A stretch of 64,000 nt of DNA, taken from positions 25,296,001-25,360,000 of the forward strand of contig NC_086106.1 in assembly GCF_963921235.1 (NCBI RefSeq), in the 5' to 3' direction. The stretch comes from Mobula hypostoma. Taxonomy: Eukaryota. Shown in pieces: positions 11,903 through 24,890 of this stretch; position 1 is the stretch's first letter, and each line of letters begins with the position of its first letter. The position numbers were made by a program, and so were the translations under genes. The notes under the pieces were generated by a model. It saw nothing but the letters and a program-made list of their open reading frames with translations, ran no database searches and was not told the DNA's origin.

Positions 11903-14340
11903 TCCCACACCCCCGCCTTCTCACCATAACCTTTGATGCCCAGATGGCTACTCACATGCCTATCAATCTGTGCCTTAAATATATCCAGTGACTGGACCTC
12001 CACTGCCGCCCGTGGCCACGAATTGCACAGATTGATACACTCTGCTTAAAAAAAAAAATCTTCTTATCTCTGTTCTGAACGGGCTCTCTTCAATCCTTAA
12101 GTCATGCTCTCTCGTACTAGACTCCCCCATCATGGGAAACAACTTTGCCACATCCACTGTGCTCATGCTTTTCAACACTCGAAATGTTTCTATGCGGTCC
12201 CCCTCATTCTTCTAAACTACAAGAAGTACAGTCCAGGATCGGTCAAACGTTCCTCATATGTTAATCCTATCATTCTAGTGAATCTTCTCTGAACCCTCTC
12301 CAACATATGCATATCCTTTCTTAAATCATGAGCCCAAAACTGCTCCCAGTACTCCAAGTGTGGTTTCACTAGTGCCTAACAGAGCCTCAACATTACATCT
12401 CTTCTCCTATACTCTATTCCTCTAAAAATGAATGCCAACATTGCATTCGCCTTCTTCACCGCCGACTCAGTCTGGAGGTTAAACTTAAGGTATCCTGCAC
12501 GAGAACTCCCAAGTCCCGTTGTATCTCAGAACTTTGAATTCTCTCCACATTTAAATAATAGTCTACCCGTTTATTTCCTCTGCTAATGTGCATGACCATA
12601 AACTTTCCAACATTGTATTTCATTTGCCAGTCCTTTGCCAATTCTCCCAATCTATCCAAGTCTCTCTGCAGACTCTCTGTTTCCTCAGCACTACCGGCCC
12701 CTCCACCTGTCTTAGTATCATCAGTATACTTAACCACAAAGTCATCTGTTCCATAATCCAAATCGTTGACGGACAACGTAAAAAGAAGCGGCCCCAACAC
12801 GGACCCCTGTGGAACACCACTGGTAACAGGCAGCCAATCAGAATGGGATCCCTTTATTCCCACTCTCTGTTTCCTGCCAATCAGCTAACGCTCTATCCAT
12901 GTATGCTACTTTCCCGTAATTCCAGGGGTTCTTATCTTGATTAGCAGCCTCGTGTACGGCTCTTTGTCAAAGGCCCTCTGAAAATCCAAATACACGACAT
13001 CCTGTGCATCTCCCTTCTCTAGCCCTCTTGTAATTTCCTCAAAAAATTGCAATAGCTCTGTCATGTAGGATTTTTCTTTATTGAAACCATGCTGAGTTCT
13101 ACCTATCTTGTCATATGCCTCCAGCTACTCCGTAACCTCATCATCGACAATAGACCCCAACAACTTCCTAACCACCGATGTCAAGCTAACAGGTATATAA
13201 TTTCCTTTTCGCTTCCTTTCCCCCTTCTTAAATAGCGGAGTGACATTTGCAATCTTCCAGTCCTCCGGAACCATGCCAGAATCCATTGACTTTTGAAAGT
13301 TCATTGCTAATGCCTCCGCAATCTGTACAAATATTTCCTTCAGAACACGAGGGTGCATTCCATTTGGTCCGGGAGATTAACCTAACTTTAGACTATTCAG
13401 CTTCCTGCGTGCTTTCTCTGTCGTTATTGTGACTGCGCACACTTTTCTCCTCCGACAGCACCGAGTGCCCGGTATACTGCTGATGTCCTCCTCGGTGAAA
13501 ACTGATGTAAAATGCTCGTTCAGTTCCACCGCTATCTCCTTATCTCCCATTAAAATTTCTCCGGCATCATTTTCTCTCGGTCCTACATCTACTCTCAACT
13601 GTTTTTTACTCATTATATACTTGAAAAAGCGTTTAGTATCCTCTTTGATATTATTTGCTAGCTTCATTTCATAGTTCATTTCTTCCTGATTAATGACCTT
13701 CTTAGTTTCCTTTTGTAAGTTTTTATAAAATACCTTATCCTCTGTCTTCCCACCATTTTTGGCTTTCTAGTTTGCCCTCTCCTTTGCATTTACTTTAGTC
13801 TTGACTTCTATTCTTAGCCACGGTTGCATCCTTTGTTGCATTGCTAAATTTCTTCTTCTTTGGAATATATCTGTCTTGCACCTTCCTTTCACCTCGCATA
13901 ATAAACTCCAGCCAATGCTGCTCTGCCGTCCTTCCTGTTAATGTCACTTTCCAGTCAACTTTGGCCAGTTCTTCTCTCATGTCACTGTAATTTCCTTTAC
14001 TCCACTGAAATACAGACACATCGGATTTCGGCTTTTCTTTCTTAAATATCACAGTGAACTCAATCATGTTATGATCACTGCCTCCTAAGGGTTCCTTCAC
14101 CTCAATCTATCTACTCATCTCCGGTTCATTACACGCACCCAATCCAGGGCAGCCGATCCCGCAGTGGGCTCAACAACAAGCTGTTCTAAAAAGCAATTAC
14201 GGTGACATTCTACAAATTCTCTCCCTTGAGATCCAGTGCGGACTGTATTTTCCCAATCCACTCGCATGATAAAATCCCCCACAATTATCATAACACTCTT
14301 CTTCTAACAAGGCTTTTCTATTTTTGTTGCGCACCTTCCA
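11903..14340 (-). mobile_element. 5'-truncated CR1 LINE (same family as 55480-59470), disrupted
   Basis: Fragments EPLGGSDHNMIEF, HPRVLKEI...GNYIPVSLTSVV and GVPQGSVLGPLLF...KYTDDTK. Confidence 0.92.
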
Positions 14341-14409
14341 GATTGGCCGCAAAAAGGGGTCCTCCAGTGTGGTCCAAACGTTGGAGGGTCAAAGATTTTT
14401 TTCCTCCCT

Positions 14410-14748
14410 TTCCCACTCACAATAACTCCCTGCCTGTTCTCCATTTTCCCACTGGTGCTCCCCTCCCCCTATCTTTCTTCCAAGGCCTTCTTTCCCATGA
14501 TACTCCCCCTTCTCCAGCCTTGTATCCCTTTTGCCCATCAGATTCCGATATCTTGGCTTCATCCCTTCCCCTCCTGTCTTCTCCTATCATTCCAGGTCTC
14601 CCCCTCCACCTCCCACTTTCAAATCTCTTACTATCTCTTTTTTCCCCGTTAGCCCTGACCAACGGTCTCAGCCCGAAACATTGACTGTACTTCTTCCTTT
14701 CGATGCCGCCTGGTTTTACTGCGTTCCACCAGCATTTTGTGTGTGTTA
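14410..14748 (+). mobile_element. Penelope-like element terminal (pLTR/3') fragment
   Basis: Pyrimidine-rich tract followed by CCTGACCAACGGTCTCAGCCCGAAACATTGAC...CCACCAGCATTTTGTGTG; same repeat family as 21656-21860 and 31218-31339. Class assignment is from recollection. Confidence 0.55.
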
Positions 14749-17700
14749 CATAGAAACATAGAAACATAGAAAATAGGTGCAGGAGTAGGTCATTCGGCCC
14801 TTCGAGCCTGCACCGCCATTTATTATGATCATCGCTGATCATCCAACTCAGAACCCCGCCCCAGCCTTCCCTCCATACCCCCTGACCCCCGTAGCCACAA
14901 GGGCCATATCTAACTCCCTCTTAAATATAGCCAATGAACTGGCCTCAACTTTCTCCTGTGGCAGAGAATTCCACAGATTCACCACTCTCTGTGTGAAGAA
15001 GTTTTTCCTAATCTCGGTCCTAAAAGGCTTCCCCTCTATGCTCAAACTGTGGCCCCTCGTTCTGGACTTCCCCAACATCGGGAACAATCTTCCTGCATCT
15101 AGCCTGTCCAATCCCTTTAGTATTTTATACGTTTCAATCAGGTGCCCCCTCAATCTTCTAAATTCCAACGAGTACAAGCCCAGTTCATCCAGTCTTTCTT
15201 CATATGAAAGTCCTGCCATCCCAAGAATCAATCTGGTGAACCTTCTTTGTACTCCCTCTATGGCAAGAATGTCTTTCCTCAGATTAGGGGACCAAAACTG
15301 AACACAATACTCCAGGTGTGGTCTCACCAAGGCCTTGTACAACTGCAGTAGTACCTCCCTGCTCCTGTACTCAAATCCTCTCGCTATAAATGCCAGCATA
15401 CCATTCGCCTCTTTCACCGCCTGCTGTACCTGCATGCCCACTTTCAATGACTGGTGTATAATGACACCCAGGTCTCGTTGCACCTCTCCTTTTCCTAATC
15501 GGCCACCATTCAGATAATAATCTGTTTTCCTATTTTTGCCACCAAAGTGGATAACTTCACACTTATCGATATAAAATTGCATCTGCCATGAATTTGCCCA
15601 CTCACCCAACCGATCCAAGTCACCCTGCATCCTCTTACCATCCTCCTCACAGCTAACACTGCCACCCAGCTTGGTGTCATCCGCAAACTTGGAAATGCTG
15701 CATTTAATTCGCTCATCCAAGTCATTAATGTATATTGTAAACAACTGGGGTCCCAGCACTGAGCCTTGCGGTACCCCAATAGTCACCGACTGCCATTCTG
15801 AAAAGGTCCCGTTTATTCCCACTCTTTGTTCCTGTCTGCTAATCAATTCTCCACACACATCAATACCTTACCCCCAACACCGTGTGCTTTAACTTTGCAC
15901 ACTAATTTCCTGTGTGGGACCTTGTCAAAAGCCTTTTGAAAATCCAAATATACCACATCCACTGGTTCTCCCCTATCCACTCTACTAGTGACATCCTCAA
16001 AAAATTCTATGAGATTCGTCAGACATGATTTTCCTTTCACTCATCCATGCTGACTTTGTCCGATGATTTCATCGCTTTCCAAATGCGCAGTTATCACATC
16101 CTTGATAATTGACTCCAGTAGTTTCCCCACCACCGACGTTAGGCTAACCGGTCTATAATTCCCCGGTTTCTCTCTCCCTCCTTTTTTAAAAAGTGGGGTT
16201 ACATTACCCACCCTCCAATCCTCAGGAACTAGTCCAGAACCTAACGAGTTTTGAAAAATTATCACTAATGCATCCACTATTTCTTGGGCTACTTCCTTAA
16301 GCACTCTAGGATGCAGACCATCTGGCCCTGGGGATTTATCTGCCTTCAATCCCTTCAATTTACCTAACACCACTTCCCTACTAACATGTATTTTTCTCAG
16401 TTCCTCCATCTCACTGGACTCGCTGTCCCCTACTATTTCTGGAAGATTATTTATGTCCTCCTTAGTGAAGACAGAACCAAAGTAATTATTCAATTGGTCT
16501 GCCATGTTCTTGCTCCCCATAATCAATTCACCTGTTTCTGTCTGTAGGGGACCTACATTTGTCTTTACCAGTCTTTTCCTTGTTACATATCTATAAAAGA
16601 TTTTACAGTCCGTTTTTATGTTCCCTGACAGTTTTCTCTCATAATCTTTTTTCCCCTTCCTAATTAAGCCCTTTGTGCTCCTCTGCTGAACTCTGAATTT
16701 CTCCCAGTCCTCAGGTGTGCCACTTTCTCTGGCTGATTTGTATGTTTTTTCTTTGGAATTGACACTATCCCTAATTTCTCTTGTCAGCCATGGGTGCACT
16801 ACCTTCCTTGATTTATTCTTTTGCCAAACTCGGATGAACAATTGTTGTAGTTCATCCATGCAACCTTTAAATGCTTGCCATTGCATATCTACCGTCAATC
16901 CTTTGCGTGTCATTTGCCAGTCTGTCTTAGCTAATTCACGTCTCATATCTTCAAATTTACCCTTCTTTAAGTTCAGAACCTTTGTTTCTGAATTAACTAT
17001 GTCACTCTCCATCTTAATGAAGAATTCCACCATATTATGGTCACTTTTACCCAAGGGGCCTCTCAGGACAAGATTGCTAATCAACCCTTCCTCATTGCTC
17101 AAAACCCAGTCCAGAATAGCCTGCTCTCTAGTTGGTTCCTCGACATGTTGGTTCAAAAAACCATCCTGCATACATTCCAAGAAATCCTCTCCCTCAGCAT
17201 CTTTACAAATGTGGTTCACCCAATCTACATGTAGATTGAAGTCACTCATTATAACTGCTGTTCCTTTAATGCACACATTTCTAATTTCCTGTTTAATACC
17301 ATCTCTGACCTCACTACTACTGTTAGGTCGCCTTTCACAACTCCCACCAGCGTCTTCTGCCCCTTAGTGTTACGCAGCTCTACCCATATCGATTCCACAT
17401 CTTCCCGGCTTATGTCCTTCCTTTCTATTGCGTTAATCACTTCTTTAACCAGCAACGCTACCCCACCTCCCATTCCTTCATGTCTATCCCTCCTGAATAT
17501 TGAATATCCTTGAACGTTGAGCTCCCATCCCAGGTCACCCTGGAGCCATGTCTCTGTGATCCCAACTATATCATAATCATTAATAACAATCTGCACTTTC
17601 AATTCATCCGCCTTATTACGAATGCTCCTTGTATTGACACACAAAGCCTTCAGGCGATGTTTTACAACTCTCTTAGCCCTCATACAATTATGTTGAAAAG

Positions 17701-18072
17701 TGGCCCTTTTTAATGCTTGCCCTGGATTTGTCGACCTGCCGCTTTTACTTTTCTGCTTAGTACTTTTTGCTTCAAGCCTCACTTTACACCCCTCTGTCTC
17801 TCTGCGCTGGTTCCCATCCCTCTGTTGTGAACTAACCTCCTCACGCCTAGCCTCTTTAATTTGATTCCCACCCCCCAACCATTCTAGTTTAAAGTCACCT
17901 CAGTAGCCCCCGCTAATCTCCCTGCCAGGATATTGGTCCCCCTAGGATTCAAGTGTAACCCGTCCTTTTTGTACAGGTCACGCCTGCGCCAAAAGAGGTC
18001 CCAATAATCCAAAAACTTGAATACCTGCCCCCTGCTCCAATCCCTTAGCCAAGCATTTATCCTCCACCTCAT
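14749..18072 (-). mobile_element. Nearly full ORF2 CR1 LINE (ORF1 C-terminus, APE, RT, 3' tail), frameshifted
   Basis: ORF1 end NAWLRDW...DGLHLNPRG; APE NTRSIRNK, GITETWL, SDHNMV; RT QGSVLGP, FADD; tail (CATAGAAA)n on the plus strand at 14749-14772. Confidence 0.95.
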
Positions 18073-18118
18073 CTTCACTGTTGCCTTCAAGTGAGAGCTC
18101 TTTGTATCACACATGACC

Positions 18119-18588
18119 AGTTTTTGTCAGGACACGCCGTCTCCATACAACAATATGGTCTTCATTGCACAGATATGCATGCCATCGTCCGACACCAGAG
18201 CCTGAAGGATATCCAGTTGAGCCGTCTTGCTGCTTTTCTGCAAACTCCCGGTAAATCTTGATGGGCAATCTGGAGCCGCTGAATTCCACCTGTGTTATAT
18301 ACCTTCAGCAGATAGTCTGGAGGCTCTCCATAAGTTGATTCTACCAAATGATATCAGCACCAGCATAAGTGAATTTGCACTTCATTGTTATGGTCTGTCC
18401 TTCCTCTGCTGTCACGTAGGGAAGATCTTACGTCACTGAACTTCTCCCACTCTTTCCTGCAAAAGAAGGACAGAATACGTGAACATCGCTGGCTTCTATT
18501 CCACGCAGGGGAAATTCTCTAGCCACTTTTGCAGAGACTAACTAGACAACACAGCCAATGCAATAAGCAATGAACAGAGGGAAATCAT
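18119..18588 (-). pseudogene. TRAV-like pseudogene (leader 18543-18588, V exon 18158-18456, RSS 18119-18157)
   Basis: MISLCSLLIALAVLS|GTTAGT; in-frame TAA and TAG plus frameshifts; heptamer CATATTG-23-ACAAAAACT. Confidence 0.9.
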
Positions 18589-19148
18589 GGTTTCTAATTT
18601 CTGGTTGGATCGAACTGCAGATTTTTTTTTTTCACAAGAGCTTATCACTTAAAAAATATTGTGGTGTGATATCATTTCACCGATACCTTTTACTTTGTGT
18701 AAGACAGGGGGGCGGGGGTGCGTGGTGAATCTCTGGTTAAAGGATTCGTTGACACCAAGAAATGTGCCTTTCTGAGCACCAATCAGAAACTGCTTTGTTT
18801 CCGTTCGCCATTCTGCCTGCTTTTCCGCTCCTTCAGTGCTCCGCTTTCCTCCCCCCTCTCTCTCTTTGTCTTTCTCACCGTGCCCTACTGCCTCTGTTCC
18901 CATGTACTCTGCGTAATCACTGCACGTTCACATAGTTATCAATTTGTAACCTAACACAATTAAGACTTTTTCCACATGGTCGCTTTTACGAAATCGGCAG
19001 TGTTCCACTGGAAGTTGTTTGTTTATTTATTTATTTATTTATTTATGTACTTCATTGTTTTGGAGCTATATCCCAGAATAGACCTTCAAGTCTTTTTTTT
19101 TTCAATATTTCGCCACTCAATGTCAGCAAGAGTTCATCTCGTTATTCC

Positions 19149-19193
<45 letters not shown>

Positions 19194-19544
19194 TTACTGT
19201 TGGGAAGCCAATCTGCTATGCACATTCTATGGACTCCTGACAGCACATTCTGTGTAGCCAGTATTCTCTTCTTAAAAAAAAAAAATCACATCGGTATCCT
19301 CCTTGTAACTTGTAATTTCATTAAAATATCATACTCTCGCATTAGCCAATTCCACCCTTAGGTCAAAGTGTTGCTTGTCCACTCTATCTATGCCTCGAGA
19401 TATAATACACAGCTGGTAAGTTACCCCTCATCTTCCTTCGTTCGAAAAACAATGTCCCTTGTTCCCGGAAAATGAATTGACCAGTGGAATATACAGGCAC
19501 GCGGATGTGTAACTCAAGTTCAACCGTATGATTCGTCATCATTT

Positions 19545-19830
19545 AATCTTCGATGCAGAGAGCTAGATTTCCCACACCGTTCTACAAAAGAAGGACAAAA
19601 TGACTGAACATCAAGTGCTCTCACTGCACCTGCGAGACGCCCTCTGACTATTGGCGCAAATATTCGCCAAGCATCATAGACCACATAATCAATAAGGAGC
19701 ATGGAAGCACATTGTGTCTGCGTTCACGTGCGAACTAAAGACATATGACATCCAAGAAGTTAATACCACCGATTTGCGAGAATGATGTAAGACACGCTAC
19801 ACTGTTCACTTTGCGTAAAACCCGCGTAAA
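19545..19830 (+). pseudogene. Opposite-orientation V-like relic, copy 1
   Basis: TGCAG acceptor, EGQN-like FR1, PSDYWRK (~PPHYLLK); homologous to 27300-27537 and 29875-30160. Confidence 0.4.
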
Positions 19831-20622
19831 TCGCTCTGCTAAATGGACGTTGAATTGGGGAAGTCACAGATTAGACTATTGAGAACCCATCTGAATGGAA
19901 GTACTACACTCTCTGCTTAGTTATCATGCACTTAATTATATTGTATTTGTCAATATCACCCCCTCTTCTTTATTGTACTTTAATTAACACTTCATTTCTA
20001 ACAAAACGTCTCCTTCTTTGTTCCCTCTTTTGTTACTCTCCTATATTTTCGTCGTTGTGTCAGTCAATTACTCTCTGTCTGCCTTTGTATTCCAATTTGC
20101 AATATCTGTAAATCATCAATGCATCTTTAAAGTCGTTGTGGGAACGTCCATTAATCTAATCCCAGCTCAATCGGTATTGATTTTCAATTCGAAAAATAAA
20201 TATCGATTTATATCCACTTTTAGGAAGCTAATGTCAATAGACTTTACCTGAAATATATCTTCTTCAGAGCATTTGGTCATACACCTTTTTGTCCGATGCT
20301 ATTTAGCCATATAGAACCTCAGTATCTCCAGTTTGCACTCCTCGTCACACTTGAGGGGTGGGGGAAAATGAATTCCAGCAAAAAATAACCACAAGGTAAT
20401 GTTGTAGGCAACAGAGAGATATGAACATCGAGATATAGTGGAAATGTTCCGGAAAGCTGCCACAATATCCCTAGATAAGTTAAATTCAAGAAGTTTTCCA
20501 ACAGTCTGCGGGCATTTTGCTGCTGAATACAGCGTTTCAATCGACCACGTGATCCTCATGCTTTGTGATACTGCTGTACCATTTTTCCAGCAAAAGGCGC
20601 TCTCAAGTGATCACGCATCGCT

Positions 20623-21060
20623 GGATTTTGTCCAGACCTGCTGTTCCCTGCAATGCTGAGGTGTCCGTTGCACAGCCGTAGACGCCAGAGTCAGGGACAA
20701 TAATTCCAGAGATATGTAAATGATCTGACTCTGATTTGTGCATATCAGCTGTAAATCTCCCTGGACATTCTGAGGCCGCTCCAGTTTTCCTGAGCCATAT
20801 ATCTTCAGCAGTTGTTTAGGAGATTTTTGCGACGCTACGTGTATCAAACGTGTTTGTATCAGTTCGTGAATAACTGCATTTCAGTGCTAAGATCTGACTT
20901 TCGTCAGCCGTTAATTTAGGAGCATCCTAGATCACTGAATTGGACTCCCTCTTTCCTGCAATAAACAGCAGAATGCAGAAATATACCTGACTTGCATTGA
21001 ACTAATGTGGCACTCGCTGATCATGTGTGCAGCGTCTTAACTGTCAGGACGACGAATGTA
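20623..21060 (-). pseudogene. V pseudogene family B, copy 1 (V exon 20661-20955)
   Basis: SVI*DAP.LTADE...LKCSYS...HISGIIVPDSGVYGCA; RSS CTCAGCA-22-ACAAAATCC; stop and frameshifts; GC-donor leader remnant. Confidence 0.85.
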
Positions 21061-21655
21061 TTCAATAAGAAACAAAGGTGCACAAACTCTGAACCTCGAT
21101 AGGACGGCGAAAGTATTCAATGAGAAACAGAGGGACATATACTCTCAGCCTCGATAGGACGGCAAATTACTTCCAAGAATTTATCGTCATAACAGATACT
21201 GTATTGTAGAGTAAAATCTTAACAAAAGTAGACTGTACGATACCCTGCTCAACGATTGGTAGATAAAAGACAACCGAGGCTATGTGAGCACGAATCACAA
21301 TCAGTTTTCGTTGAGTCCCCATTATTTCCCTTTTCCCACACTATAAATATCTCTCACCACCACTTCTGCTCTCCCCACTCTCCCTCTCTCTCCATCCAGT
21401 TATCTGTCTTTCTCTTTTGCTCTCCGTGTATTTCTCACTCTCTTGCTTTCTCCCTACGTCTTTTCTCTCTCTCTCATTCCGAAAATTGATTTCTATATTT
21501 TCAATTTATCTACTTATTCAATGCCTTACCAACTCACTTCACTTTTTTTTTTTTGCCATGCTTCTCCTGCACTATCCTTTCTCGCACCATGTCTATCCAT
21601 GCTAGTCACCATATCCGCAAGTAGTCCAAGAAGGCATCCGCAAAATTATCACCCG

Positions 21656-21860
21656 AAATGCTGGTGGAACGCAGCAGGCCAGGCAGCATCTATGGGAAGA
21701 AGTACAGTCGATGCTTCGGGCCGAGACCCTTCGTCAACACTAACGTCCCGGCCCGAAATGCCGACTGTACTTGTTTCCTAGAGATGCTGCCTGGCCTGCT
21801 GCGTGCCACCAACATTTGTGTGTCTTGCCTGAATTTCCAGCATCTGCAGATTTCCTGGTG
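21656..21860. repeat. Inverted pair of Penelope-like termini forming an ~68-bp-arm hairpin
   Basis: 21656-21723 is the imperfect reverse complement of 21749-21817, with a 25-bp loop. Confidence 0.8.
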
Positions 21861-22059
21861 TTTCCGCAGAATTATCACGTTCCGCTGTTCCTGTTATCTA
21901 ACTCATCCTTACCATTTTAAGTTATTGATGAAATGCATTTCAATCTTTCAGCATATCGCTGGATATTCTTTGTCAGTAGCACAGCACATATTTATCCCCA
22001 TGGTCGAGCTGGACTTGCATGTTGAGGAAACACTGGAGGCATAGTTTAGATTAAGCAGA

Positions 22060-22309
22060 CACTGCGAACACTCAGGTGTCCGGATCTGGTATCGCCGTGG
22101 AACGTTAAGTGTGAACTGCGTAATGTTATTAGATGGAGTCCGGCAAAATGTCCCCGAACATATTTAAGGGAAACACCTACAATTTTTGTCCAGAGATCCG
22201 AAATCCGGACCAGACTGTCTGCGCGTAGAACAATACAGTGACATGGTCTGCCCTTCCACGGTCAATAAAATCCTCCTTTTGGGGTTCACAAAATCTGCCC
22301 CACTCGTGC
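22060..22309 (-). pseudogene. V pseudogene family C, copy 1 (internally deleted)
   Basis: Acceptor followed by GTSGADFV...TVEGQTMSL; FR2 deleted relative to the copies at 32.3 and 36.8 kb. Confidence 0.6.
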
Positions 22310-22628
22310 CTTTAACAGGCCCCGAATGTATGAGCCGGGCCGGAAGGCACTGACCTTGCAGGACGCGCTCCGACAGATTAGACATTTTCAACAAGCAACG
22401 TAGTCGATCCAAAAACCTTCCAGGGGTGGTTATAGCGGGAACCTCGTACATTGAAAAAAGTAAACAGAGAAGGATTTGAAGATGTTTCTCCTAAAAGACA
22501 AGTTATTCAAGTAAGGACAGGCAGAGATTTACGGGAAGTTCGGCGCTTTCTTTTTGAAGTATATGCGGCTTTTATTTCTAAATTCAGGGTATATTCCAAC
22601 CACAGGACGGTCTAACTCACCTCTCCCC

Positions 22629-22806
22629 NNNNNNNNNNNNNNNNNNNNNNNNNNNNNNNNNNNNNNNNNNNNNNNNNNNNNNNNNNNNNNNNNNNNNNNN
22701 NNNNNNNNNNNNNNNNNNNNNNNNNNNNNNNNNNNNNNNNNNNNNNNNNNNNNNNNNNNNNNNNNNNNNNNNNNNNNNNNNNNNNNNNNNNNNNNNNNNN
22801 NNNNNN
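22629..22806. other. Assembly gap or masked run (178 N)
   Basis: N run. Confidence 1.
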
Positions 22807-23746
22807 CCCACTCATTCCTTCTGTTACCTCAGTTTTCCTCGCTTCCTGTCTTCTTACTCTGATTTTTCTTTCTCCGCCGCTGTCTGATCTCCCTCTTTGT
22901 GTCAGTCCATTATTTTTGCCTCCCCATCTCTCAGTCATCCTCCTTTTCATCTCCTGTCCTTTCTCCCTCTCACTGTCATTTTAAAGTGGAGGTGAAGGTA
23001 TTTATTTTTGCATTGTTTTAGCGCTTAATTTTGTACAACTTCGATAAGCTGATCAATGATTTCATCTGTTAAATCGTAGTCGATGCAATCATCGTACAAG
23101 AATAAACAGAAATATCCAGCAAAATGACCCACCTGGTGATAACTTCAGATCCGTTAAATCTGTTTGGGAAACCAGATTATGCAAGCTATCACTCTGCTGT
23201 GCTCCCATACCCTCTCTTCATCTCTGTCTGTCTTTTGTACTGAAAATGGCTTCAGAGTATAAATCTATGGGTAGTATGTGAACATTGGCAGGTTCTGTTG
23301 CATTATCTAAATACTCAGTATAAATCAATGTAGCTGCTGCAGCATCCTTAATATCAGCAGCATGCCACTTGCAAATCTTTGTCAATCTGAAGACCACCAT
23401 TTTGCCCACCTGTGTTTTCCTTTCGTCAGTAATTATACAATTTAAATATGCCCCGCTTACATTCTCACTATTTCTCACTGCAGATACTGGAACAAAGTGT
23501 CCAAAAAAAAAAGGTCAGGCAGTGTTGTCAATCGTGGTATGGAATTGCAGCAAAACAGTTTGCGTGAAAAAAAAAACATTTCAGTATCCCGGAAATGCAT
23601 TGTAAAGTTTCAATTTAGTTGCGCATTGGAATCAGGAACTGCTCCTTTAGATTTGGGACGTTCCACTGCTGAGTTCAGCGCGTTTAAGTAGGGCACGTGA
23701 CCATAGCTGAATTCTCGGTGTGCCCCTTCCAGCTTCCCGGAAAAAG

Positions 23747-23760
23747 GCGCCCTCCAGTGA
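23747..23760 (-). promoter_or_regulatory. CTCF-like motif 3' of a V segment
   Basis: TCACTGGAGGGCGC on the minus strand. Confidence 0.65.
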
Positions 23761-23785
23761 GAGAATTTCTGCGTTGTACAGAACC

Positions 23786-24217
23786 AGTTTTATGCAGATA
23801 CAGATACATGCCAGTAGTCGACACAAGAGATTCAAGGCAATGTACTTAATCCGTATAATTTTCCTTTTGCAACTAGCGGTAAATCTCACTAGGCAATCCA
23901 GATACCTCTCCATTATTGCTATGTTGTATAACTACAGCAAATCTTTTGGGTATTCTCCACAGGTCTGAATGTCCAAAAATGCACTTGCATCATCATACGT
24001 GTAATTACATTTCAGAGTTATGGTCTGTCCTTTCTCAGCCGTTACTTCGGGAGGATTCTACGTCACTGAATCTTTCCCGCGCGTTCCTGAAATAAAAGAT
24101 ACAGTAAGTAAGCATCACTGTCTTGCATTGAACGCATGGGAAATTCGCTGCCCACCTTCGTAGAGGCTCACCAGGCAGCAGAGCCAATATATTCCCGAAT
24201 GAACAGAGGGAAAGCAT
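23786..24217 (-). pseudogene. TRAV-like pseudogene (leader 24172-24217, exon from 24086), RSS heptamer deleted
   Basis: MLSLCSFGNILALLPG|GTGAGC; DSVT*NPPEVTAEKGQTITLKCNY; two stops; the C-A end and heptamer are missing. Confidence 0.9.
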
Positions 24218-24574
24218 TGTGTCTAATTTCTGTCTGCATCGAACGGCAGATTCCTTCCAGGACGTCATTATCACTTAACAAATATCCTGTTGTGAGGTCG
24301 TTCAGTGATAGCTTTCATCTTGTGTAAGACCAGGAGCGTTTCCCTGCTTTTTGGATTCGCTGACATAAGGAACCGATTTTTTTACTCTCTTTCTCTCACT
24401 CCCACGCTGCTTGGGTTTTTGTACTGTTTAGAGGATGTCTGTGGAGGGTATGAATTTCGGGATATACATTGTGCTCATTCTCTGATTTTAAAGGGATCCA
24501 TTGAAACATGCTGGATAGGTTTTTCGCTGTACCCTGGTACATCAGAAAAAGAAACAAAATATAATGAACGTTAA

Positions 24575-24890
24575 CAAGTTTGATGTAAGTGTGGGGGTCT
24601 GCAAAGTGAAGGAATACATCAGGCTGTCCTACAGCTCACAGAATATCGGGTGAGCGGAAAAGTTGAGGTGATGGACTGCAGAATACCTTCCTTACAGCGC
24701 GGTGATATCTGGTGTCATTTCCCCAGGGATCCGGTTCGATTCCGATATTCGATTCGATCAGCAGATACCTGTGTGCTCAATTTCCACGTTTCCCGCGTTA
24801 TCATGTTTTCAACGTCCCGCAAAAGATGCTCTGGGTAGCATTCCTCCTGATCGAAGGATCACTGAGGACGTGTTAAGAGGAATTTGCGAA
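24575..24890 (-). pseudogene. V relic family D, copy 1
   Basis: NRIPGEMTPDI (FR2-like) and DSLMYSFTLQT (~DSAMYYCAL); homologous to 33500-33830. Confidence 0.45.
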
